A stretch of 64,000 nucleotides of DNA from an uncultured bacterium (GTDB lineage: Bacteria > Krumholzibacteriota > Krumholzibacteriia > LZORAL124-64-63). The notes under the pieces were generated by a model that searched no databases, was not told the DNA's origin, and saw nothing but the letters and a program-made list of their open reading frames with translations. A program made the position numbers and the translations under genes. The stretch spans positions 96,001-160,000 of the forward strand of contig CAVSZB010000002.1 of the NCBI GenBank assembly GCA_963732385.1, written 5' to 3'. Of this stretch, positions 19,945-27,987 are shown piece by piece (position 1 is the first letter of the stretch; each line of letters begins with the position of its first letter).

Positions 19945-21072
19945 TCAGCCTTCAGCCACGAATGGCACCGGCGGATAAATCCAGTGCTGCGGATCGCTGC
20001 GCCGTGCCGGCGAGGGAATCACCCGCACCTCGCCATTCTGCTCGCTCGCAGCGAGCGCGAGACGATCGATCTGCCAGCCGCGGCTGCGCAGCTCGCGCAT
20101 GAGCTTCCAGTACGCCTGCATCAACAGGTCTTCACGGTCGATCTTGATGGCCGGAAAATCCGGCACGTCCGGTGCGCGTTTGGGCAGGTGCGCCTCGGCA
20201 ATCGGCTTGTCCTGGTAGACGTTGCGCAGGTTGCGCTGCAGGTGATCCTTGTCCTTGTCTTCCTCGAGCATGAAGTTCCGGAAGGCGATGAGGTACATCT
20301 TCGTGTTCTCCTCGTCGATTGGCGTCGACATCGAATAGAACACGTTGCAGAAGCTGCTGCCCGGCATGCCGATCTGCACCTTGCCGTACAGTGTGAAGCC
20401 CGGCAGGTAGAACGTCAGCCACGAGTTGACCTCGGTGCGCCCCTCGCGCATCTTCGCCCAGCTGCCGGCGGGCGGTGGCGGCCGCGAGACGAGATGGGTG
20501 CGGAAGCCGTTGTCCAGCCATTCCACGCTGTGCTCGGAGGGCCGGCTCGGGTTCTCCTCGTTGAGCGGAATGCCATGCACGATGTGCAGGTGCACCTGGT
20601 CGAGGTCGACCATCTTCGCCCAGTGCACGTTGGCCTTCCAGGTATCGGAGAAGGTCACCCGGCGCCATTCGGGATTGTTGTCCTCGGGCATGTCGAAGAG
20701 TTGATGGGCCTCGTCCTGGCGGTCGCCGAGAAATACCCAGACCAGGCCGTGGCGTTCCTGCACCGGATAGCTGTCGACCTTGGCCGCGGCCGGGATGTCG
20801 GCGGTCGGCTTCAGCTGCGAGGGAATGCAGGTGCAGCGACCCTGCGCATCGAAACGCCAGCCGTGGAACACGCAGGACAGCGTGCCATCGTCCTGACGCT
20901 TGCCCTGTGCGAGGCTCGCACCACGGTGACAGCAGGTGTTGCTGAGGCACACGGCCCGGCCTTCGAGATCGCGATAGAGCACGAATTCGCGCCCCAGCAT
21001 CTTGACCTTGACGGGCTGCGCCGTGACGTTTTCGCTCCACTCGGCGATGTACCAGACATTGGCGAACATCAT
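19945..21072 (-). CDS. Rieske non-heme iron oxygenase alpha subunit (VanA/CAO/PAO-like group)
   Basis: Rieske motif CCHRGASL...CVFHGWRF; mononuclear Fe motif DQVHLHIVH; late VYQDKPIAE. Confidence 0.9.
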   Translation of the reverse strand: MMFANVWYIAEWSENVTAQPVKVKMLGREFVLYRDLEGRAVCLSNTCCHRGASLAQGKRQDDGTLSCVFHGWRFDAQGRCTCIPSQLKPTADIPAAAKVDSYPVQERHGLVWVFLGDRQDEAHQLFDMPEDNNPEWRRVTFSDTWKANVHWAKMVDLDQVHLHIVHGIPLNEENPSRPSEHSVEWLDNGFRTHLVSRPPPPAGSWAKMREGRTEVNSWLTFYLPGFTLYGKVQIGMPGSSFCNVFYSMSTPIDEENTKMYLIAFRNFMLEEDKDKDHLQRNLRNVYQDKPIAEAHLPKRAPDVPDFPAIKIDREDLLMQAYWKLMRELRSRGWQIDRLALAASEQNGEVRVIPSPARRSDPQHWIYPPVPFVAEG

Positions 21073-21752
21073 GATTTTTTTCTCCTGCTGAATTCACTGA
21101 CGGGCTGCGCTGGCAGTGCGGCGGCTGACTGTGCAACCCTTGTCGCTACATCGGTAGCTTCGCGATGCGGAAGCCCCAGCATCTGCAACACCAGAACGGA
21201 AAACTGGCGCTCGACGTCTGGCGGTGCCCGGCCGAGCAACATGTCCTGAAGCAACGGACAGGCAGCACCGCGTATCGCCGCTGCCGCGACTCCCGGATCG
21301 CCAACCCGGAAGCGGCCCTTGCGCAAGCCGGCAGCGATCATCCGCACCAGGGCATCACCGGCGCGCTTGTGACCGACTTCCTGCAGACTGCCCTGGCGCA
21401 CCATGACCCAGGCCACCGCCGGGTCTTTGCGGGCCACGCTCAGGGTATGGATGGCGTTCATCGCAATCGCCTCGGCGGGATCCGCCGTCCGGGAGAAAAC
21501 CCCGACCTTGTGGGCAATGTCGGCCTCGAAGAAATCGGCCGCGATCGCCTCGATGAGCGAATCCAGGGAAACAAAGTGATTGTAGAAGGACGGTTGCGAG
21601 ACCCCTGCTTCGCGCACGATCTCCATCACGGTCGCCGCAGATGCGCCTTTGCGGGCGAGCACCCGGCGTCCGGCATCGAGCAGCGCGCGGCGGGTGCGCT
21701 CCCAGCGCGGGTCCGTCCGGGTGGATTCGGGCAGGCGTGGTACGGCGGTCAT
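21069..21752 (-). CDS. TetR/AcrR family transcriptional regulator
   Basis: RTRRALLDAG...ATVMEIVREAGVSQPSFYNHF HTH; ATGA-coupled to the Rieske gene. Confidence 0.9.
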   Translation of the reverse strand: MTAVPRLPESTRTDPRWERTRRALLDAGRRVLARKGASAATVMEIVREAGVSQPSFYNHFVSLDSLIEAIAADFFEADIAHKVGVFSRTADPAEAIAMNAIHTLSVARKDPAVAWVMVRQGSLQEVGHKRAGDALVRMIAAGLRKGRFRVGDPGVAAAAIRGAACPLLQDMLLGRAPPDVERQFSVLVLQMLGLPHREATDVATRVAQSAAALPAQPVSEFSRRKKS

Positions 21753-21753
21753 G

Positions 21754-21785
21754 GCATCTATTTAGCAACATGCTAAATAAGATGC
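21754..21785. promoter_or_regulatory. Palindromic operator (probable TetR site) overlapping a sigma70-like promoter
   Basis: GCATC-TATTTAGCA-aca-TGCTAAATA-a-GATGC; on the minus strand TTGCAT-N17-TAAAT lies just before the TetR ATG. Confidence 0.75.
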
Positions 21786-21846
21786 AAGGGGGTGCTCACC
21801 GCGATACTCGAATAATCAAATGCGCCGGCACCGGGTAAACTGCGTC

Positions 21847-24162
21847 ATGGCCCGACGTTCCCGGAAAAACCTGCGCCAGTACCTGAGCCGCCGCCTGCTC
21901 TTCGGGCTGGCGGGGCTGGCCGTGCTGCTGGTGTCTGCGCTGGCGATCTGGATCTGGCTGCTCGACCGCCAGATCGTGCAGCAGTTCGAGGGCCGACGCT
22001 GGGATCTGCCGGCCCAGGTGTATGCGCGACCGCTGGAACTCTATGCCGGCCAGCGGCTCAGCGCCGACGAACTGCAGCGCGAACTCACCGCACTCGGCTA
22101 CTCGACCGCTTCCACCATCAAGACCCAGGGCACCTTTGCACGCCTGAGCGGCCGGATCGTGTTGATGACCCGTCCCTTCCAGTTCTGGGACAGTGCACAA
22201 CCGGCGCAGAAGGCCACCATCAGCTTCGGTGCCGACGGCATCACCGCGCTGAACGATGAGCGCGGCCGCGACCTGCCGCTGCTGCGCCTCGACCCACCCT
22301 TCATCGGCAATATCTTCACCGCCCACGGCGAAGACCGGATGGTGCTGGGCCCGGACCAGGTGCCCGAACTGCTGCTGGAGTCGCTCAAGATCGTCGAGGA
22401 CCGCGACTTCGACAGGCACGGCGGCATCTCCCTGCGCGCCATCACCCGCGCCATGTGGGCGAATATCCGCGCCGGCGGCATCGAACAGGGCGGCAGCACG
22501 CTCACCCAGCAGCTGGTGCGCAGCTATTTCCTGGACAACAGCCGCACGCTGAGCCGCAAGCTGCGCGAAGCGCTGATGTCCATCCTGCTGGAACTGCACT
22601 TCGACAAGCCGGACTGCTCAACGCCTACGTCAACGAGATCTACCTGGGCCAGGCCGGCGACCGCGCGATTCACGGCTTCGGACTGGCCAGCCAGTTCTAC
22701 TTCGGCAAACCGCTGACCGAACTCGAGCCGCAGGAAACGGCACTGCTGATCGCGGTGGTCCGCGGCCCCTCCTGGTACGACCCCAGGCGTCAGCCGGAAC
22801 GCACGCGCAAGCGCCGCGACATGATCCTGGATCTGATGGCCGAGTTCGAGCTGATTCCGGAAGCGGTCGCCAGCAAGGCCAAACAGCGCGAACTGGGCGT
22901 GCGTGGAAAAGCCACCAGCTTCGCCAGCTACAACCCGACCTTCATGGATCTGGTACGGCGCGAACTGCGCGCCGACTACAAGGAGGAGGATCTGCTCAAC
23001 GCCGGGCTGCGCATCATGACCACGCTGGATCCGCGCATCCAGGCACTGGCCGAGCAGCGCCTGAAGGAAGGCCTGGATGAGCTGGAAACCAGCCGGAAGC
23101 GCAAGGCCGGTTCACTCGACGGCGCCATCGTGGTCACCGGCACCCAGACGCCGGACGTGGTGGCGATCGTCGGTGGCCGCAATGCGCGCATGCAGGGCTT
23201 CAACCGGGCACTGGACGCGAAGCGGCCGATCGGTTCGCTGGTCAAACCGGTGGTCTTTCTGGCCGGCTTCGAGTCGGGGCGTTACACCGCCGCCACGCTC
23301 ATCGACGATGCGCCACTCAGCATCCGCCTCGATACCGGCAAGACCTGGAGTCCGCAGAACTACGATCGCCAGTATCGGGGTCCGGTGCCCGCCGTGCGCG
23401 CGCTGGCGGAGTCCCTGAACACGCCGACCGTGCGCATGGGCATGGACGTGGGGCCGAAAAAAGTTGCCCGGCTGCTTCAAGTCACTGGGCTTGACCAAGG
23501 CGCCGCAGCCATTGCCATCCCTGCTGCTGGGGGCCGTGGACCTCACGCCGATGGAAGTTGCCCAGGTTTACAACAGCCTTGGCAATGGCGGGTTTCACGC
23601 CCCGCTCAAGGCCGTGCGCGCGGTACTCGATGCCGACGGCAAACCGCTGGAACGCTATCAACTGAAGATCAATCGCGCGGCCGACCCCTCCGCCGTCGCA
23701 CAACTGACCGCCAGCATGCTGCAGGTCGTTGACCGCGGTACCGCGCGGGGGGCCAGACGCTGGCTGCCGGCCGATCTGGGCGTGGCCGGCAAGACCGGCA
23801 CTTCCGATGATCTGCGCGACAGCTGGTTTGCCGGCTTCACCAATGATCACGTCGTGGTGGTCTGGGTCGGCGCAGACGACAACTCGCCGACCGGACTCAG
23901 CGGCGCCTCCGGTGCATTGCCGATATGGGCGCGTCTGGTCGCCGGCTTCGGCGACCTCGGTTACGAGGCGCTGCCGGCGGAAGACCTGGCGGATGTGTCT
24001 TTCGACTATGCAACTGGCATGATGGCGCGCGCAGAGTGCGGCGACCTGATCAGCTTGCCGCTGCCGGCGGGAACAGTCCTGCCAGCACGACCAGACTGCA
24101 TACCGGAATCCGACAATCTCACCAGGCGTGGCATCGAATGGCTGAAGGATTTGCTCAACTGA
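21847..24162 (+). CDS. mrcB: Penicillin-binding protein 1B (UB2H + GT51 + transpeptidase); frameshifts near 22610 and 23490
   Basis: FEGRRWDLPAQVYARPLELY, EDRDF, QGGSTLTQQLVR, GSLVKP (SxxK), SLN, KTGT motifs across three frames. Confidence 0.92.
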
Positions 24163-24662
24163 AACCGCACGGCAACCTTGTCCGGACCATTGCGCCTGCC
24201 CTGCTGCTGATCGCGACGCTCAGCGGCTGCGTCCCGCCCGGACCTGCCACCCGGCCATCCGAACCGAAGGCGCCGGTACCGGCCACCCCCCGCCCCGTGC
24301 CGGCACCCGCACCCACGCCGGCGCCGCCACCCGCAGCGCCGGCAATTCCAACACCCGCACCACCATCGGCCCCGGTACGCGTCATTCCGCCGGTGAGCCC
24401 GGCCAGTCAGGCGCTGCTCAACGAGAGTCGCAGCCATGCCGCCGCCGGACGCAACGCGCAGGCCGCCGCTTCCATCGAGCGTGCGCTGCGCATCGAACCG
24501 CGCCATCCGCTGCTGTGGCTTGAACTCGGCAACCTGCGACTGAAAGAAGGTGACTACGCCCAGGCCGAGAGCCTCGGCCGCAAGGCGCTGAGCCTCAGCG
24601 CCGGCGACGCCGCAATTTCGGCCCGCGCCCAGCAACTGATCAGCGCTGCAAAAAAACGGTAG
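24138..24662 (+). CDS. TPR lipoprotein with Pro-rich linker, probable LpoP-type PBP1B activator; start uncertain
   Basis: Lipobox LSGC, Pro/Ala linker, AAASIERALRIEPRHP...AESLGRKALSL TPRs; overlaps the mrcB stop. Confidence 0.75.
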   Translation: MAEGFAQLKPHGNLVRTIAPALLLIATLSGCVPPGPATRPSEPKAPVPATPRPVPAPAPTPAPPPAAPAIPTPAPPSAPVRVIPPVSPASQALLNESRSHAAAGRNAQAAASIERALRIEPRHPLLWLELGNLRLKEGDYAQAESLGRKALSLSAGDAAISARAQQLISAAKKR

Positions 24663-24752
24663 GAGCGCCTTCATGTGGGAGCGCCTTCATGTGGGAGCGC
24701 CTTCAGGCGCGATCTCCCGGCGGGCAAAAGTCGCGGCTGAAGCCGCTCCTAC
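24659..24752. repeat. GTAG-family REP cluster (inverted REP doublet plus two 16-bp truncated tandem copies)
   Basis: GTAGGAGCGCCTTCAT, GTGGGAGCGCCTTCAT, GTGGGAGCGCCTTCAGGCGCGA, spacer, TCGCGGCTGAAGCCGCTCCTAC. Confidence 0.85.
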
Positions 24753-25690
24753 GCGCGCGGCGCAGCGGCCCGTTGCAGACGGTCGTTTATCGCCGCACCC
24801 AGACCGTGCTCGGGCACCGGTGCAACGGCAATGCTCGCCACCCCGCTGTCATCCAGTGTGCGCAGCATCGCAAACAGATTGGCAGCCGCTTCAGCCAGGT
24901 CACCGCGGCGGGACAGGTTCAGGCTGCCCTCACGCTGGTGCGGACCAAAACCGAGAAAGGCCTCGCCTGGTTCGGGCGCAACCGCATTGATGCGCAACCG
25001 CGCGCGCGGCGCATAGTGCGAAGCGAGCTGGCCCGGCGCTTCGATGCGCCCGGCCGGCAGCACGGAAATTTCATCGACGACCGTCAGCAGTGCCTCGCGA
25101 CTCACGCCACCGGGGCGCAGCAAGCGCACTGGCTCCCCCGGCAGCACGGCGACGATGGTCGATTCCAGCCCGACCTGCGCCGGCCCGGCATCGAGCACCA
25201 GGCCAGACCGCTCGCCGAGTTCTGCAACCACGTCCTGTGCCGTGGTCGGACTGATATGCCCGGAACGATTGGCAGACGGTGCCGCCAGCGGGCGACCAAA
25301 GGCACGGATCAGCGCCAGCGCCACCGGATGCCCCGGCATGCGCAGCGCCACTGTCGGCAGACCCGCACGTGCCAGCTCACAGACCCGGCCCGTGGGCGCA
25401 ACGGGCAATACCAGGGTCAGCGGTCCGGGCCAGAACCGCGCGGCGAGACGCCGTGCACGCTCGTCGAACACGGCCTCGCTGGTCGCCATCTCGAGACTGG
25501 CGACATGTGCGATCAGCGGATTGAACTGCGGGCGGCCCTTTGCGGCATAGATGCGGGCGACGGCGAGATCACTGCCCGCATCGGCGGCCAGCCCGTAGAC
25601 GGTCTCGGTCGGCAGTCCCACGAACTCGCCACGCTGCAAACGCTCGACCGCCTCGGCGATGGCCGACTCGCCCGCATCAACGATATCCAT
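24749..25690 (-). CDS. sua5: L-threonylcarbamoyladenylate synthase (Sua5-type TsaC2)
   Basis: LPTETVYGLAADA, AKGRPQFNPLIAHV, FWPGPLTLVL, APSANRSG, APGQLASHYAP, AAINDRLQRAA. Confidence 0.93.
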   Translation of the reverse strand: MDIVDAGESAIAEAVERLQRGEFVGLPTETVYGLAADAGSDLAVARIYAAKGRPQFNPLIAHVASLEMATSEAVFDERARRLAARFWPGPLTLVLPVAPTGRVCELARAGLPTVALRMPGHPVALALIRAFGRPLAAPSANRSGHISPTTAQDVVAELGERSGLVLDAGPAQVGLESTIVAVLPGEPVRLLRPGGVSREALLTVVDEISVLPAGRIEAPGQLASHYAPRARLRINAVAPEPGEAFLGFGPHQREGSLNLSRRGDLAEAAANLFAMLRTLDDSGVASIAVAPVPEHGLGAAINDRLQRAAAPRA

Positions 25691-25712
25691 GCGCCAGCCT
25701 CATGCGCGGCAC

Positions 25713-26963
25713 TCAGGCGGCTGCCGGCCTGTTCGCCGGGAAGGCCGGCAGTCGTGCCAGCAGAAGCGTGGCGACAGTCAGCATCGCGGCATGCACCAGC
25801 AGAATTTCCGTATAGCCGCCCAAACGATCCACCGCATTGGCAGTGGCCAGCGGACCGAGACCCGCACCGAGTGAGTAGGCGCTGTAGTACCAGGCATAGA
25901 TGCTGCTGAAGTGATGCAGGCCGAAATAGCGGCTGACCAGATAGGCGGTGACATCCACCTCGGCACCGGCGGCCAGGCCGGTGAGTATCCCGGCCACGAA
26001 TGCCAGCCAGCCACTGGCGCCCGATGCGAGCAGGAAGATCGCGACGATGGGTCCCAGCAAGAAGGCGATCGCCACGCGCGGCGCGAAGATGCGATCCATC
26101 AGCCAGCCGGCTGCGACACGGCCAAACACCAGCGCCACGGCAAGTATCGACAGTGCATTGGCCGCACGCATCGGCGTGACACCCCGACTGACGAGCAGCG
26201 GCACCAGATGCACCTGGATGCTGGTCACGGCGACACCGATGAGCAGAAAGACCACCAGCATCGTCCAGAAGTGGCGCGTGGCGAGCGCCTCCTTCAGGGT
26301 CAGGCCAGGTGCCGCGCCGCGGTCCGCTGGGTTGGGCTTGCTGCGCACCACGGCATCACCATCCGGCAGAAGCCCCATCGACTGCGGCGAGTCCCGCACC
26401 ACCAGCAGGACGATCGTGCCTCCGAAGACGACGATCGCCGCTGCGATCACCAGCCATGCGCTGCGCCAGCCGTAGTTATCTATGGCCCACTGCGTCAGGA
26501 TCGGCCAGGCAAAACCGCCTATGCCGACACCGGCCAGCGTCACGCCCAGCGCAAGCCCGCGCTGGCGATCGAACCACAGCGCGACGATCCGCGTGAAGGC
26601 AATGTGCGTCGTGCCGACACCGAACACGGCCAGGGCGATGTAGCGCAGATAGAAAGTGAGGAGGTTTGCGTCCTGGAAGTAGAAGGAAGCCACCAGTGCC
26701 GCCTCCAGGACCAGGCCGACCAGGATCACGCGCCTCGCGCCCAGCCTGTCCACCAGCATGCCGAAGAACGGCGCCACGAAAGTGATCGTCAGCACCGACA
26801 GGAAGAGCGCCGTGAACGCTTCAGTCTGCGACCAGCCGAACTCCTGTCGCAGCGGCGTGACAAACACGCCAAAGGTATAGGTCAGTACGGTGGCAAGACC
26901 GCAGGCGAGACCGATGCCGCAGGCAAGCGCGACATACCAGCCATAGAAGATTTTCCTGTTCAT
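25713..26963 (-). CDS. MFS transporter (OFA/MCT-like)
   Basis: IFYGWYV, GMLVDRLGARRV, WFDRQRGLALG; about 12 TM segments. Confidence 0.9.
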   Translation of the reverse strand: MNRKIFYGWYVALACGIGLACGLATVLTYTFGVFVTPLRQEFGWSQTEAFTALFLSVLTITFVAPFFGMLVDRLGARRVILVGLVLEAALVASFYFQDANLLTFYLRYIALAVFGVGTTHIAFTRIVALWFDRQRGLALGVTLAGVGIGGFAWPILTQWAIDNYGWRSAWLVIAAAIVVFGGTIVLLVVRDSPQSMGLLPDGDAVVRSKPNPADRGAAPGLTLKEALATRHFWTMLVVFLLIGVAVTSIQVHLVPLLVSRGVTPMRAANALSILAVALVFGRVAAGWLMDRIFAPRVAIAFLLGPIVAIFLLASGASGWLAFVAGILTGLAAGAEVDVTAYLVSRYFGLHHFSSIYAWYYSAYSLGAGLGPLATANAVDRLGGYTEILLVHAAMLTVATLLLARLPAFPANRPAAA

Positions 26964-26973
26964 CCGCGCCGAC

Positions 26974-27987
26974 TCAGGTCTTGGCGTCAGACTCCGAATA
27001 CACCTGCACGTCGGTGATATTGAACAGCGACTTCCAGTCCTTGGCGATCAGCAGGTCCATCAACTCGGAGGGCTTGCCGGCCTTCTTGCGCTCCATCTCG
27101 GCATCGATGGTGATCAGCGCCTGGTCGACTTCCGGGCCAAACAGGTAGCGCAGATATTCGGTAGGCACGCGCGGCTCTTCGCTGAATCGGCCTTCAGCAT
27201 CGAAAGAGGCCGGCAGGATCGGCGGGACATAGAACACATTTGGCTCGGTGCCGAACTCGGGGTGCAGCGGCAACGCCACCTTCCACTGGTGCACGAGCTT
27301 GTGGATCGGGCCATCCAGGTCCTCGAGGAAGCCGACGAAGCGCAGACGGCCGGGACACTGGCGCGCGCAGGCCGGCGCCACGCCCTGCTCGACGCGCGGA
27401 AAGCAGAAGATGCACTTCTGCGACTTGCGCTTCACATAGTTGTAGTAAACCTTGTCATAGGGACAGGCGCGGTTGCAGAGGCGAAAGCCCTGGCACTTGT
27501 CCTGGTCGACGAGCACGATGCCGTCCTTCTCGCGCTTGTAGATCGCGCGCACCGGGCAGGCTTCGAGGCAGGCCGGCTTGGTGCAGTGGTTGCACAGGCG
27601 CGGCAGGTAGAAGTGATAGTTGTTCGGATAATCACCGGAACTGGTGTCTTCATCCCAGTTGGCACCGTACTCCATCGGCTCGGTCTGCTGCAGCCGCTCG
27701 GCCGTACCCTTGAAGTACACGTCCTCGTGATTCAGCGGGATCGGCCCGCCGTAGTTCTTCTGGTCATGCAGATCGCCGAACTGCAGCTTGCCGTCCTTCC
27801 AGCCCGACTTCGCACCCTTGGCTTCCCATTCCTTCGGATAGCCGCGACCGGGCTTGGTCTCGACATTGTTCCAGAGCATGTACTCCTGGCCTTCCTCATC
27901 GGTCCACAGCGACTTGCAGGCTGCGGTGCAGGCCTGGCAGCCGATGCACTTGTTGAGGTCGATCACCATTGCAACTTGTCTGGACAT
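26974..27987 (-). CDS. Type II DMSO-reductase family Fe-S beta subunit (SerB/DdhB/EbdB-like)
   Basis: DLNKCIGCQACTAACK, WNNVETKPGRGYP, LPRLCNHCTKPACLEACP, KCIFCFPR, LPLHPEFGTEPNVFYVPP. Confidence 0.92.
   Translation of the reverse strand: MSRQVAMVIDLNKCIGCQACTAACKSLWTDEEGQEYMLWNNVETKPGRGYPKEWEAKGAKSGWKDGKLQFGDLHDQKNYGGPIPLNHEDVYFKGTAERLQQTEPMEYGANWDEDTSSGDYPNNYHFYLPRLCNHCTKPACLEACPVRAIYKREKDGIVLVDQDKCQGFRLCNRACPYDKVYYNYVKRKSQKCIFCFPRVEQGVAPACARQCPGRLRFVGFLEDLDGPIHKLVHQWKVALPLHPEFGTEPNVFYVPPILPASFDAEGRFSEEPRVPTEYLRYLFGPEVDQALITIDAEMERKKAGKPSELMDLLIAKDWKSLFNITDVQVYSESDAKT

Noticed and set aside
19186..21249. Long opposite-strand ORFs (19186-21249, 28248-30158, 48683-49990, 54473-56941, 4666-5988 and others)
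   Set aside because: They are antisense shadows of well-supported genes, expected at high GC, and show no recognisable motifs.
21847..24162. Pseudogene or programmed-frameshift interpretation of the split mrcB, katG, ndvB and PQQ genes
   Set aside because: There are too many unrelated genes, conserved motifs are intact on both sides, no slippery-site pattern is evident, and an internal repeat shows a homopolymer deletion.
24659..24712. Short tandem repeats as a mini CRISPR array (also 28015-28060 and 35438-35482)
   Set aside because: Units of 12-16 bp abut with no unique spacers, match GTAG REP ends, and no cas genes are present.
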